Shown in pieces: positions 29,578-38,678 of a stretch of 64,000 nucleotides of DNA. The notes beneath the pieces are model-generated. The model had not been told where the DNA came from. It did no database searches and saw only the letters and a program-made list of their open reading frames with translations. Both the position numbers and the translations under genes were made by a program. The DNA comes from an uncultured Spirochaetota bacterium (GTDB taxonomy: Bacteria > Spirochaetota > Spirochaetia > SZUA-6 > Fen-1364): the NCBI GenBank assembly GCA_963734545.1, contig CAVTHO010000007.1, positions 193,236 through 257,235 on the forward strand, in the 5' to 3' direction. How positions within the stretch are numbered: the stretch's first letter is position 1; each line of letters begins with the position of its first letter.

Positions 29578-30816
29578 ATGTCCATTCACCCCCGCAGAGT
29601 CCTTGTCATATTCCTTGCCGCGGCGGGAATGTCCGTCCTGCTGCTCTCCGGCTGTCAGAAAAAAGGCATCGAGGAGCTCGTCAGCAGCGAGCTTTTCTCG
29701 CTCACATTCGGCAAGATGGAAGACCAGCTCGATCTCTTCCAGTTCGAAGCGGCGAAAGTCGTGCGCAAGAACACCGTCTGCATGCGGGATGGCTGGTTCT
29801 ACGTCGCGAATGGCAATGCGGGCAAGATCATGGTTTTCTCCTCGTACGGGGACTTGATCTTCCTCCTGTACAATCCGCAGACAAATCCGGCCCCCACCGT
29901 GCTGGGTCCCGTGGACCAGGGCTCCGGCAACGAGGTGAGCACCCGCGGCTCGGTTGCATATCCCTTCGTCGATATCGGTGAGATCGCGGTCGCCAGTGAC
30001 AAGACGCTGTATGTCGAGGACGCGGTTGCCGAGGCCAAGGAAGTAAAAGACGCGGACAGGGGAGTGGTCCTCAGCCGCGTTATTCAGCGCTTCGACCGCA
30101 AAGGAAAGCCGCTGGGGTACATCGGCCAGGAAGGAATCGGCGGCACGCCCTTTCCCTACGTGTCCGCGCTGCACGTGGCTGCCGGAGACCAGCTCGTGGT
30201 CGTCTGCAGGCTCCCCCAGACATGGGAGGTCTTCTGGTATTCGCGCGACGGGGTCCTTCTGCACCAGGTGGAGCTCGACAACAAGAACCTGCCCGTGCAG
30301 CCTGCCAAAGGGGTTACGCCGGTGCTGGTGAACATCCTGCCGGACCTGCAAAACCCGGTTTTGTACCTGGTCATCTATTCTTACAGGGTTTCCGCCGATC
30401 CGGGCGCCGTGGAAACGCCGGCGCAGGACGGAGTGGTCGGGCGCGCTTACAAGCTCGATCTGCGCACCGGGCAGTATGATTCCTCCTTTGTCGAGTTTCC
30501 GCAGAATCTTCCCCGGAGGGAAAGGTCAGGGCTCAAGACAACCGAGATCCCGTCCCCGCCCAGCGAGCTCGTCGGGGTGAGCTCCAGCGGCTACTTCTAT
30601 CTGCTCGCCTACACCGACACCAACCTCTACACGCTCAGCATCCTGGATCCTGCCGGGAAGGTCAGGGCGCAGCGTCGCATGGTGATCGAGGACTCCGAGC
30701 TCATCTACCGTGACACGCATCTCTCCTCCACCGGCATCGTCTACGGGCTCCTGGCTGATCGGACCAGGGCGCACATCTCATGGTGGCGCTCGGACATGCT
30801 GCTGAACAGGGAGTAG
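29578..30816 (+). CDS. hypothetical lipoprotein
   Basis: 412 aa. Lipobox LLLSGC after a hydrophobic N-terminus. No recognised domain. Confidence 0.6.
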   Translation: MSIHPRRVLVIFLAAAGMSVLLLSGCQKKGIEELVSSELFSLTFGKMEDQLDLFQFEAAKVVRKNTVCMRDGWFYVANGNAGKIMVFSSYGDLIFLLYNPQTNPAPTVLGPVDQGSGNEVSTRGSVAYPFVDIGEIAVASDKTLYVEDAVAEAKEVKDADRGVVLSRVIQRFDRKGKPLGYIGQEGIGGTPFPYVSALHVAAGDQLVVVCRLPQTWEVFWYSRDGVLLHQVELDNKNLPVQPAKGVTPVLVNILPDLQNPVLYLVIYSYRVSADPGAVETPAQDGVVGRAYKLDLRTGQYDSSFVEFPQNLPRRERSGLKTTEIPSPPSELVGVSSSGYFYLLAYTDTNLYTLSILDPAGKVRAQRRMVIEDSELIYRDTHLSSTGIVYGLLADRTRAHISWWRSDMLLNRE

Positions 30817-30818
30817 CC

Positions 30819-32315
30819 ATGAAGATCGTGAGCTCGGAGGCAATGGCGCGTATCGACAGCCGCTCCCGCACCGAGTTCGCATTTCCCTCGAGCACCCTGC
30901 TGGAAGACGCTGGCGTGAAAGCATGGGCTGCCGTGCGGCGCGTGATCTGGTCAGGCAAACGACACGGCCGGCTGGTGTTCCTCGCCGGCAAAGGCAACAA
31001 CGGTGGTGACGCTCTCGTCATGGCGCGTCAGGCTGCAGTGGAGCGCGCGCAGCGGCTGACGATCGTCCTGGCGAACGGGAGGCCGGCGGAGGATTCGGAT
31101 CCGGGACGCATGCTCGCCATATGCGAGGCGCTCGGGGTCCCCTGCATGAGCTGGCCCGCCCAGGCGGACGCCGTGCGCGCCCGGCTCGAGGAAGCCGATT
31201 GGGTGTTCGACGGAATTGCGGGCACCGGGATCCGCGGCGCGCTCCGCCCGCCGCTCTCGGACATCCTGGATGCGGCCAATGCGAGCCCCGGGAAGAGGAT
31301 CGCAATCGATGTACCCAGCGGGGTAGGGGACGAGTACCGTCAGGGCCACCCTGCCATACGCGCTGACTTTACCCTCACCATGGGTCTTCCCAAGCTCTGC
31401 CTCTATCTTCCTCACTCGCGCGTGCTCTGCGGACGTATCATGGTGATCCACGTCGGGTTTCCCCCGCTGCTCCTGGAGGATCCGGACATTCCCGGAGAGC
31501 TCCTCCCCGGTCGAGCATGGAGGAATCTGGCGCCGCCCATAGCGCCGGACACCTACAAGAACCGGCGCGGACACCTCGCGGTTTTTGCGGGCGCACGGGG
31601 AACCACGGGCGCCGCATGGCTGTGCGCAAGCGCCGCGGCTCGTTCCCGACTGGGTCTCGTCACGCTCTACGTGGACAGCGATGCCTATCCCATTGTCGCG
31701 CAGAAGCTCACCTCCGTCATGTGCAGGCCGTGGGATGCCCCCGCGGCATGGGACCACGCTTCCTTCTCAGGCATTCTTGCAGGTCCCGGCTGGGGACTCG
31801 CTGAAGCAAAGGAGCAGTGGCTGGAGCGTCTGCTCGCCCTGCCCGTCAAGGGTGTTGTCGACGCCGACGGTATCAGCCTGCTCGGCCGAATCGTCTCACG
31901 CGGCGCACCGGACCTGGGAGGCCGCTGGGTGCTCACTCCGCATCCCGGCGAGTTTTCCCGGCTGACAGGAGCTGCGCGGGAAGATGTGCTGGCGGACCCG
32001 GTGACGCGCAGTGTTGAAGCGAGCGCCCGGCTGAACGCGGTCATCGTGCTGAAGGGTCATTGTACGATCGTGGCCACGCCCGCGGGCAGGTACTGGATAC
32101 TTGACGGCGCAAACCCCGCGCTGGCCACGGGAGGCTCGGGGGACGTGCTTGCGGGAATAGTCGCGGCGGGTATCGCCGGCGGCATGAGCCCGACTGACGC
32201 AGCGCTGTTCGGGGTCTCCCTGCATGCGAGTGTCGGCCGTCAGGCGGCTCGACGCCTCGGGTGGTTTCTCGCGGAAGACCTTGTCCCGCTCATATCCCGC
32301 GCTCTCGCACGATGA
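30819..32315 (+). CDS. nnr: bifunctional NAD(P)H-hydrate repair enzyme Nnr (epimerase/dehydratase)
   Basis: YjeF N-terminal domain (GKGNNGGDALV) and a C-terminal carbohydrate-kinase domain (GGSGDVLAG). Confidence 0.88.
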   Translation: MKIVSSEAMARIDSRSRTEFAFPSSTLLEDAGVKAWAAVRRVIWSGKRHGRLVFLAGKGNNGGDALVMARQAAVERAQRLTIVLANGRPAEDSDPGRMLAICEALGVPCMSWPAQADAVRARLEEADWVFDGIAGTGIRGALRPPLSDILDAANASPGKRIAIDVPSGVGDEYRQGHPAIRADFTLTMGLPKLCLYLPHSRVLCGRIMVIHVGFPPLLLEDPDIPGELLPGRAWRNLAPPIAPDTYKNRRGHLAVFAGARGTTGAAWLCASAAARSRLGLVTLYVDSDAYPIVAQKLTSVMCRPWDAPAAWDHASFSGILAGPGWGLAEAKEQWLERLLALPVKGVVDADGISLLGRIVSRGAPDLGGRWVLTPHPGEFSRLTGAAREDVLADPVTRSVEASARLNAVIVLKGHCTIVATPAGRYWILDGANPALATGGSGDVLAGIVAAGIAGGMSPTDAALFGVSLHASVGRQAARRLGWFLAEDLVPLISRALAR

Positions 32316-32854
32316 AGAATCCGATTCTCCACATCAAGAAAGGCGTCGGACAGTACGTTGATCCCCCAGCGGGGAGCGAGCCGCGGCCTTCCGGCTATGG
32401 GAGACTCGGGGACCGGCCCATGCAGGGGAAGGCCCGGCGTCCCCCCCGTCGCCGCGGCAGACTCACTTTCCTGCCGCTCCTGATCCTGGCCATTGCTCTC
32501 GTTCTCGTGTTTCGCATCATGCCGAGAGCGCCGCTGAATCGCGCGACCTTGATGGGCTGGGACGTTGTCCTGCGCGCGATGCCCTACGGGGAAGCGCTCC
32601 TCGTGAGCGTCACATTCATCGAGAAAGCCCGCCCGGATGCGGATCTGAGCGGCAGACCGGTCCCCCGGGCGACAGTGAGCTTTCTTCTGCCGGATACCGG
32701 AGAACAGCTCGCCCTGTCGGACGACCTTGTCAAATCCCCGACAACGCTGCGCGGCCAGATGCCGTATACGGAAAGAGTAAGGAAGGTCGCTGCCACGGTG
32801 AGCATCGGGACCGAGACCCGGACCCTGTCGCTCACCGCGCGGAAAGCGCCGTAG
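32312..32854 (+). CDS. hypothetical membrane-anchored protein
   Basis: ATGA overlap with nnr. Basic N-terminus followed by one TM helix (LTFLPLLILAIALVLVF). Confidence 0.5.
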   Translation: MKNPILHIKKGVGQYVDPPAGSEPRPSGYGRLGDRPMQGKARRPPRRRGRLTFLPLLILAIALVLVFRIMPRAPLNRATLMGWDVVLRAMPYGEALLVSVTFIEKARPDADLSGRPVPRATVSFLLPDTGEQLALSDDLVKSPTTLRGQMPYTERVRKVAATVSIGTETRTLSLTARKAP

Positions 32855-32901
32855 CCCCCCCCCACGGACCGCCGGCCCCTGTGAAAAGGTGGTGACGGTT
32901 A

Positions 32902-32930
32902 TTGACCGGCGCGGTCTGCTCGCCTATGAT
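32902..32930 (+). promoter_or_regulatory. sigma-70-like promoter (TTGACC-17 nt-TATGAT)
   Basis: Near-consensus hexamers with a 17-nt spacer. The -10 element lies ~18 nt upstream of the ATG at 32948, which has a GAGGGAGGGG RBS. Confidence 0.5.
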
Positions 32931-32947
32931 CGTAGAGGGAGGGGATC

Positions 32948-33364
32948 ATGCTCCAGTTCTATTTCCTGTCCATCGTCGCGAACTTCCTGGCCGGATTGAC
33001 CCTGTCCTCCGACTGGTTCGCCCGGAAGTTTTCAGGGCTTGCCGCCGCAGTGTCCCTGTTCTCGGGCCGCATGGGAAAGATGGTGCTGGGTCTCGCTTCG
33101 CTCCTCGTGGGATTCGGGACGCTCTTCGTGCCCGCGGAGGCGCCCCTTATCCTGGGGGACCTGTTTCCATCTGTGATGGGCATGGCGATGGGAATCGCTC
33201 TCCTGTTCGAGGTATTCAAGCAGGATGCGGTGTTTCCGGCCGAACGCGGCGAGAAGGTGGAAAGGGTGGAAAAGCTTCCCCTTGGCTATCGCACGACACT
33301 TGGTGTGCTTGGCATAGCCGCGGCGATCCTGCATTTCTTCCTGCCGGAGAGGCCGTTTCTGTAG
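32948..33364 (+). CDS. hypothetical small membrane protein (about 4 TM)
   Basis: 138 aa, hydrophobic throughout. Good promoter and RBS upstream. Confidence 0.6.
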   Translation: MLQFYFLSIVANFLAGLTLSSDWFARKFSGLAAAVSLFSGRMGKMVLGLASLLVGFGTLFVPAEAPLILGDLFPSVMGMAMGIALLFEVFKQDAVFPAERGEKVERVEKLPLGYRTTLGVLGIAAAILHFFLPERPFL

Positions 33365-33367
33365 ACA

Positions 33368-33597
33368 GGGATGCCCGAAAGGCCGGCTGTAGACCTGCCG
33401 CGCCAAATGTCGCGCAAGCGCGACGGGCGCGGCGTTGGAAGTCGAAGCCGGCCGAGGGCAGGGGCTCTCGCCGTCTGCTCCGCAGCCGGCTGCCGCCCTA
33501 ACTCCGCCAGGAGCCGGAAGGGATGCCCGAAAGGCCGGCTGTAGACAGGGAAGTCGAAGCCGGCCGAGGGCAGGGATGCCCGAAAGGCCGGCTGTAA
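33368..33597 (+). repeat. REP/BIME-like mosaic of two mutually inverted repeat types
   Basis: Type A, GGGATGCCCGAAAGGCCGGCTGTAGAC, occurs at 33368, 33520 and 33572. Type B, GGAAGTCGAAGCCGGCCGAGGGCAGGG, occurs at 33438 and 33549 and is a diverged reverse complement of A. Confidence 0.8.
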
Positions 33598-33608
33598 GCG
33601 AGCGGCTC

Positions 33609-35669
33609 CTACTCTTTCTCTTCCGCTTTGGCTGCCTGTGCGGCCTTGATCACTTCCTCCGCTATCCTTCCCGAGATCGGGCTGTAGTGGTCGAAGGAAA
33701 GCTCGAACGAGCCGGTGCCGGCTGTGAGCGCCTTCAGGTCAAGCGCATACCGCATGAGCTCCGCCTGTGGCACCTGGGCCTTTATTTCCAGGATTCCCCC
33801 TCCGAGGAGATTCTGGCCCAGCACCTTGCCCCGCTTCGAGCTGAGGTCCGAAAGCACCGCGCCCAGGTACTGGTCGTCCACGAAAACGGTGAGGTTGCAC
33901 ACCGGCTCCAGGAGCACGGGCTTCGCATTGCGCATGCAGTCCTTGAAGGCCTCTCGCGCGGCGAGCTTGAACGCGAGCTCCGACGAGTCAACGGGGTGTT
34001 CCTTCCCGTCCACGACCCGCGCCTCCACGTCGACAACGGGGTAGCCGGCAAGGACCCCTGCCTCCATGGCCTCGAGGACTCCCTTCTCTATGCCCGGGAT
34101 GTAGCCCCGGGATATGGCGCCGCCGAATATCGCGTTGGTAAACTTGTATTTCTCCCCGCGGGGGATGGGATTCACCTCGAGGGAAACCTTTGCGTACTGG
34201 CCGTGCCCGCCCGTCTGCTTCTTGTGCGTGTGCTCGGCATCCGCGGCCCCCTGGATCGTCTCGCGGTAGGCGACGCGCGGGACCTTGGTCTCCATGTCGA
34301 TCTTCTGGTTTTCCCGGATCTTGTCCAGGATCATGCCGATGTGCAGCTCGCCCATGCCGGAGATGACTGTCTCCTTGGTCTCCTTGTCATAGGAAACCTG
34401 GAAGGTCAGGTCTTCCTCCATGATTCTGTGCAGCATCTGGTTCATCTTGTCCTCGTCCTTCTTCGCCTTTGCCGTGATGGCAAGCGAATGGACGGGGGTG
34501 GGAAGCTCCAGTTCGGGGTACACAATGGGCGCGTCCGGAGCGTGCAGCGTGTCGTTGGTCCGGAGAGTCGCGCTCTTCGTGATCAATCCGAGGTCTCCCG
34601 CAACCAGCTCCCCGGCGTCTTCAAGCTTCTTGCCATTGCAGGTATAGACTTTCGTGATCTTCTCTTTCTTGCTTTCCCGCGCGTTCACCAGGTCGGCGTC
34701 CGCCGCGACTTTTCCCGACATGACCTTGAAGTAGGAGAGTTTTCCGGTGAACTGGTCCATTGCCGTCTTGAAGATGAAGCAGGATGCAGGCTCCGAATCC
34801 GCGATCCGCCGCTCGACTTCCTTGCCTCCCGCCGTGCCCTTGGCGGTCCCTTCAGGGGAAGGCACCGCGTAGACGATGAAATCCAGCAGGCAGGACACGC
34901 CGGCAGCAGTCAAGGCGGCGCCGCAGAGGACCGGTACGAGCTTGCCTGTCTTCATTCCGCTGGCAAGACCCTTGCGTATCTCTTCCGGCGAGAGGTTGCT
35001 TTCCGCGAAGAATTTCTCGATGAGGGAGTCATCCCCTTCAGCGGCGCTCTCGATGAGCTTCTGCCGCGCGGCCTCTACCGCCGGCTTTGCCGCATCCGGA
35101 ATTGCCGTTTCCTTGCCGTTGACATACGCCTTCTGCTCAATGAGGTCCACGACACCCGAAAAATCCGGCCCTGCGCCCAGGGGGATCACCACGGGGACGA
35201 AGCTGGCTTTGAACCGATCCGTGAGATCGGCGACGCATTTGTCGAAGTCCGCGCGGTCTTTCTCCATCTTGTTCACGAAGACGAAGCGCGGCTTTTCGTC
35301 CCGGGTGAGCCACCTCCACAGCTTGATGGTCTCGATCTGCACGCCGACCTCTGCTCCCACGAGCAGCGCAACGCAATCTGCCACGCGGAAACCCGAGATC
35401 ACCTCTCCCACGAAATCCGCGGAGCCCGGCGTGTCCAGGATGTTGATCTTGCAGTCTTTCCAGGGGAGGTGGCTGAGGGAGGCGTGCACGGAGATCTTTC
35501 GCGCGATCTCTTCATCGGTAAAATCGCTGACCGTTTTTCCGGTTTCAATCCTCTCAGCCTTGGGGATCACACCTCCGGCGGCGAGCAACTCCTCCGCCAG
35601 GGTGGTCTTGCCCGTCCCACCGTGACCGGCGAAGGCGAGATTGCGCAGCGAGCGCGTCGGAACACTCAT
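33609..35669 (-). CDS. elongation factor G-like GTPase (EFG-II / EF-G2-type paralog)
   Basis: 686 aa with five-domain EF-G architecture. Divergent G motifs: AGHGGTGKTT, DTPGSADF (no His after DxxG) and NKMEKD. Confidence 0.85.
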   Translation of the reverse strand: MSVPTRSLRNLAFAGHGGTGKTTLAEELLAAGGVIPKAERIETGKTVSDFTDEEIARKISVHASLSHLPWKDCKINILDTPGSADFVGEVISGFRVADCVALLVGAEVGVQIETIKLWRWLTRDEKPRFVFVNKMEKDRADFDKCVADLTDRFKASFVPVVIPLGAGPDFSGVVDLIEQKAYVNGKETAIPDAAKPAVEAARQKLIESAAEGDDSLIEKFFAESNLSPEEIRKGLASGMKTGKLVPVLCGAALTAAGVSCLLDFIVYAVPSPEGTAKGTAGGKEVERRIADSEPASCFIFKTAMDQFTGKLSYFKVMSGKVAADADLVNARESKKEKITKVYTCNGKKLEDAGELVAGDLGLITKSATLRTNDTLHAPDAPIVYPELELPTPVHSLAITAKAKKDEDKMNQMLHRIMEEDLTFQVSYDKETKETVISGMGELHIGMILDKIRENQKIDMETKVPRVAYRETIQGAADAEHTHKKQTGGHGQYAKVSLEVNPIPRGEKYKFTNAIFGGAISRGYIPGIEKGVLEAMEAGVLAGYPVVDVEARVVDGKEHPVDSSELAFKLAAREAFKDCMRNAKPVLLEPVCNLTVFVDDQYLGAVLSDLSSKRGKVLGQNLLGGGILEIKAQVPQAELMRYALDLKALTAGTGSFELSFDHYSPISGRIAEEVIKAAQAAKAEEKE

Positions 35670-35771
35670 TCGTGGCTCCTTGCTGTCTGAGGATTGGCTA
35701 CTTTAGTCCGCCGCCATGCTTTTGTCAACAAACCTTCGGCACACCGCGCGGAGCGCGGTATCCGTAGGGCA

Positions 35772-35844
35772 GCAGGCGCGCAACTCCGCTGAAAGCGGCA
35801 GGCGCGCAACTCCGCCAGGAGCGGAAGGGCAGCCCAGGAGCGCG
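35772..35844 (+). repeat. intergenic direct repeats plus CAGGA hairpins
   Basis: GCAGGCGCGCAACTCCGC x2 (35772, 35798), followed by CTCCGCCAGGAGCGGAAG and CCCAGGAGCGCG. Confidence 0.7.
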
Positions 35845-35883
35845 TCCCTAGGTTGATGACGTGCCATTGCGGTCCAAAGGCAT

Positions 35884-37935
35884 CTATCGCGTGTCTCCGA
35901 AACCGCCGACCTTCTCGGCAAAGTGCGAGAACTCCATCGTAAAGGTGGCGCGGCCCTGCGTCGCGCTCCGCAGAGCCGTGGAATAGCCGAACATTGACAC
36001 GAGGGGCGCCTGCGCCTTCACATGGTCCGCGCCCGGCTTGCTCTCCACGTGCAGGATGAGCCCCTGGCGCGCGTTCAGGTTGCCGATCACCTCGCCGATG
36101 AAATCGGAAGGGCTGAGCACATCCACCGCCATGATCGGCTCCAGGAGAATGGGGCTCGCCTTCCGGCAGGCCGCGTCGAACGCCATGGCACCCGCTGCCT
36201 CGAAGGCGATCGGCGTCGAGGTGGCCTGGTGGTACTCTGCCTCGATCAACTCCACCCCGATGTCCAGCGCCGGGTAGCCGTAGACGACGCCGGATCCGAA
36301 CGCCGCGCTCACGCCGCGCTCGACCGCCGACACGAGCTCCTCCGGCAGCGCGCTTTCCGGGAGCGAGGAGCTGAACGCGTTGCCCTCTCCCCGGGGCAGG
36401 GGTTTCACGCGGATCGTGATGGTGGCGCTGTGTTCCTTGCCGGCGATCATCCTGTGGTACTTCTCCGTGTGGATGACCTCCGCGCTGATGGTCTCCCGAT
36501 AGGAGACCTGGGGCTTGCCCACCCGCGCCTCGACCTTGAAGTCGCGGAAGATGCGGGTCACCAGGACGTCCAGGTGCAATTCGCCCATTCCCGAGATGAT
36601 CAGCTCGCCCGTTTCCTCGTTTTCCTTGACCGAGAATGTCGGGTCCTCTTCCGCGAGAATCTCCAGCACTTCCGAGAGCTTCTTTCTCTCGGAAAGAGTC
36701 CGGGGCTCGATGGCGACCGAGATGACCGGCTGGGGGAAATGCATCTTCTCGAGCAGGATGGGGAAAGCCTCGACGCCGAGCGTGTCACCTGTCCGGGAGG
36801 ATTTCAGGCCCACCATCACCGCGATGTCCCCAGCCTCCACCTGGTCGATCTGCTGGGAGTGGTTGGAATGCATGCGCAGGAGCTTGTGGACGCGCTCCCG
36901 CTTCTTCTTGCTGATGTTGTAGGTGGTCTGGCCTTCCTTGATCCTGCCGGAATACATGCGCACGTAGCAGAGGTTTCCCATCTCCCGGTTGACCTGCAGC
37001 TTGAAGACGAGACCGAGACCGAACGCTTCCGGCTTGCAGGGCACTTCGACCGCGTCCTCTTTCTTGACGTGATGCCCGATTGCCGGCGGGAGGTCGAGCG
37101 GGGAGGGGAGGAACTCGACCACCGCGTCCAGCAGCGGCTGGACGCCGACGTTTCGCAGTGAGGCGCCGCAAAGAACGGGCGTGAACGCGCGCGACAGCGT
37201 TCCCTGCCGGATCACTTTCCGCAGCAGCGGGACCGGTATTTCAGCTCCCTTGAGGTACAGCTCGGTGATCTCGTCCGACAGGTGCGTCAGCTGGTCGAGG
37301 AGCTTCTCCCGCCATTTTCGGGCCTCGGCCTGGCGCGAGGCATCGAGGGGGCTGAAACCGATCGTGACGCCCTGGTCTTCCTGGCTCCAGCGGACCTCGC
37401 GCATTTCGACGAGGTCGATCACCCCCTCAAAATCGGATTCCGCGCCCATGGGCAGTTGAAGGGGGATGGGGAGGGTGGCCAGCTTCGCCGCCATTTCCTC
37501 CAGGACGCCGAAGAAGTTCGCGCCGATCCGGTCCAGCTTGTTGATGTACGCGATACGCGGCACATGGTAGCGGTCGGCCTGGTGCCACACAGTCTCGGAC
37601 TGTGGCTCCACTCCTCCCACGGCGCAGAATATGGCCACGGCGCCGTCCAGAACCCTGAGCGATCTTTCAACCTCGGCGGTGAAATCCACGTGCCCCGGCG
37701 TGTCGATGATGTTTACCTGATGGTCCCGCCAGTAGCAGGTGGTAGCGGCCGCGGTGATGGTGATGCCTCTCTCCTGCTCCTGGTCCATCCAGTCCATCGT
37801 GGCTTCACCGTCATCCACCTCTCCCATGCGATGGGTCTTTCCCGTGAAGAAGAGAATTCGCTCCGTCGTGGTGGTTTTCCCCGCGTCAATGTGCGCGATA
37901 ATGCCAATGTTGCGTATATTGTGGAGGTCTGCCAT
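35884..37935 (-). CDS. fusA: translation elongation factor G
   Basis: 683 aa. Canonical G motifs AHIDAGKTT, DTPGHVDF and NKLDR. Confidence 0.92.
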   Translation of the reverse strand: MADLHNIRNIGIIAHIDAGKTTTTERILFFTGKTHRMGEVDDGEATMDWMDQEQERGITITAAATTCYWRDHQVNIIDTPGHVDFTAEVERSLRVLDGAVAIFCAVGGVEPQSETVWHQADRYHVPRIAYINKLDRIGANFFGVLEEMAAKLATLPIPLQLPMGAESDFEGVIDLVEMREVRWSQEDQGVTIGFSPLDASRQAEARKWREKLLDQLTHLSDEITELYLKGAEIPVPLLRKVIRQGTLSRAFTPVLCGASLRNVGVQPLLDAVVEFLPSPLDLPPAIGHHVKKEDAVEVPCKPEAFGLGLVFKLQVNREMGNLCYVRMYSGRIKEGQTTYNISKKKRERVHKLLRMHSNHSQQIDQVEAGDIAVMVGLKSSRTGDTLGVEAFPILLEKMHFPQPVISVAIEPRTLSERKKLSEVLEILAEEDPTFSVKENEETGELIISGMGELHLDVLVTRIFRDFKVEARVGKPQVSYRETISAEVIHTEKYHRMIAGKEHSATITIRVKPLPRGEGNAFSSSLPESALPEELVSAVERGVSAAFGSGVVYGYPALDIGVELIEAEYHQATSTPIAFEAAGAMAFDAACRKASPILLEPIMAVDVLSPSDFIGEVIGNLNARQGLILHVESKPGADHVKAQAPLVSMFGYSTALRSATQGRATFTMEFSHFAEKVGGFGDTR

Positions 37936-37997
37936 GCGTTACTCCGGGAAAAAATCCTTGAAAGAGCCCGCGCACACTATATAGAATCCTGCCAGCA

Positions 37998-38669
37998 GTG
38001 AAAAGGCCACTCCCGGCGCGATACTCCGCGCATCTGTTCCTCCTGCTCTTCCTTCTCCTGGCGGGCGCCGCCGCCCACGCCCAGACCGATCCCCTCTCCT
38101 GGGTGAATGGGATCCGCCGCGCCGCGGGATCGCCCGACCTTGTCCCGGATGCGCTTCTCTCCCGGACAGCCGAAAGGTGGGCCATGCGGCTTGCCCGTAC
38201 GGGAGTTCTGAGCCATCGAGGCGCCGATGGGAGCTCGGCCTTGGACCGTTACCGGGCCCTTGGAGGGACCGAAATACGCGTAGGGGAGATTCTCGGCGCA
38301 GGACCGAGCCTCCGGGAAGTGGAAAATGCGTGGCGGAAAAGCGACGAGCACCGTGAAGTGGCGCTGACACCCGGGTGGACGCACGTGGGGTGGGGGCGAC
38401 AGCCGTCCGGTGGCCAGGAGGTCTGGGTCGTCCTGTTCTGCCAGAAGCTGGTGGAGGAGCTCAGGATCGACGAGCGGACGGCGGGACTTGCCGTCAGCGG
38501 AAGATTCGTCGAGGCAAGTGCCGAACGCCCCTCCTCTATGCGGGACTGGTTCAGCATCAGCCCCTCTCCTGGGATCCAGTCTCCCGGCGATTCTCGTTTC
38601 AGGTGCCGGCCCCGCTCGAGGGATACTTTCGGCTTGGCTATGTGCTCCCCGGTGGAACTTACCGGCTGA
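37998..38669 (+). CDS. secreted CAP/SCP (PR-1-like, YkwD-type) domain protein
   Basis: GTG start. Signal peptide LFLLLFLLLAGAAAHA followed by a CAP-like core (LSRTAERWAMRLARTGVLSHRG..WRKSDEHREVAL..THVGWG). The C-terminal ~45 aa may be in the wrong frame. Confidence 0.7.
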   Translation: MKRPLPARYSAHLFLLLFLLLAGAAAHAQTDPLSWVNGIRRAAGSPDLVPDALLSRTAERWAMRLARTGVLSHRGADGSSALDRYRALGGTEIRVGEILGAGPSLREVENAWRKSDEHREVALTPGWTHVGWGRQPSGGQEVWVVLFCQKLVEELRIDERTAGLAVSGRFVEASAERPSSMRDWFSISPSPGIQSPGDSRFRCRPRSRDTFGLAMCSPVELTG

Positions 38670-38678
38670 CAAACGCGT

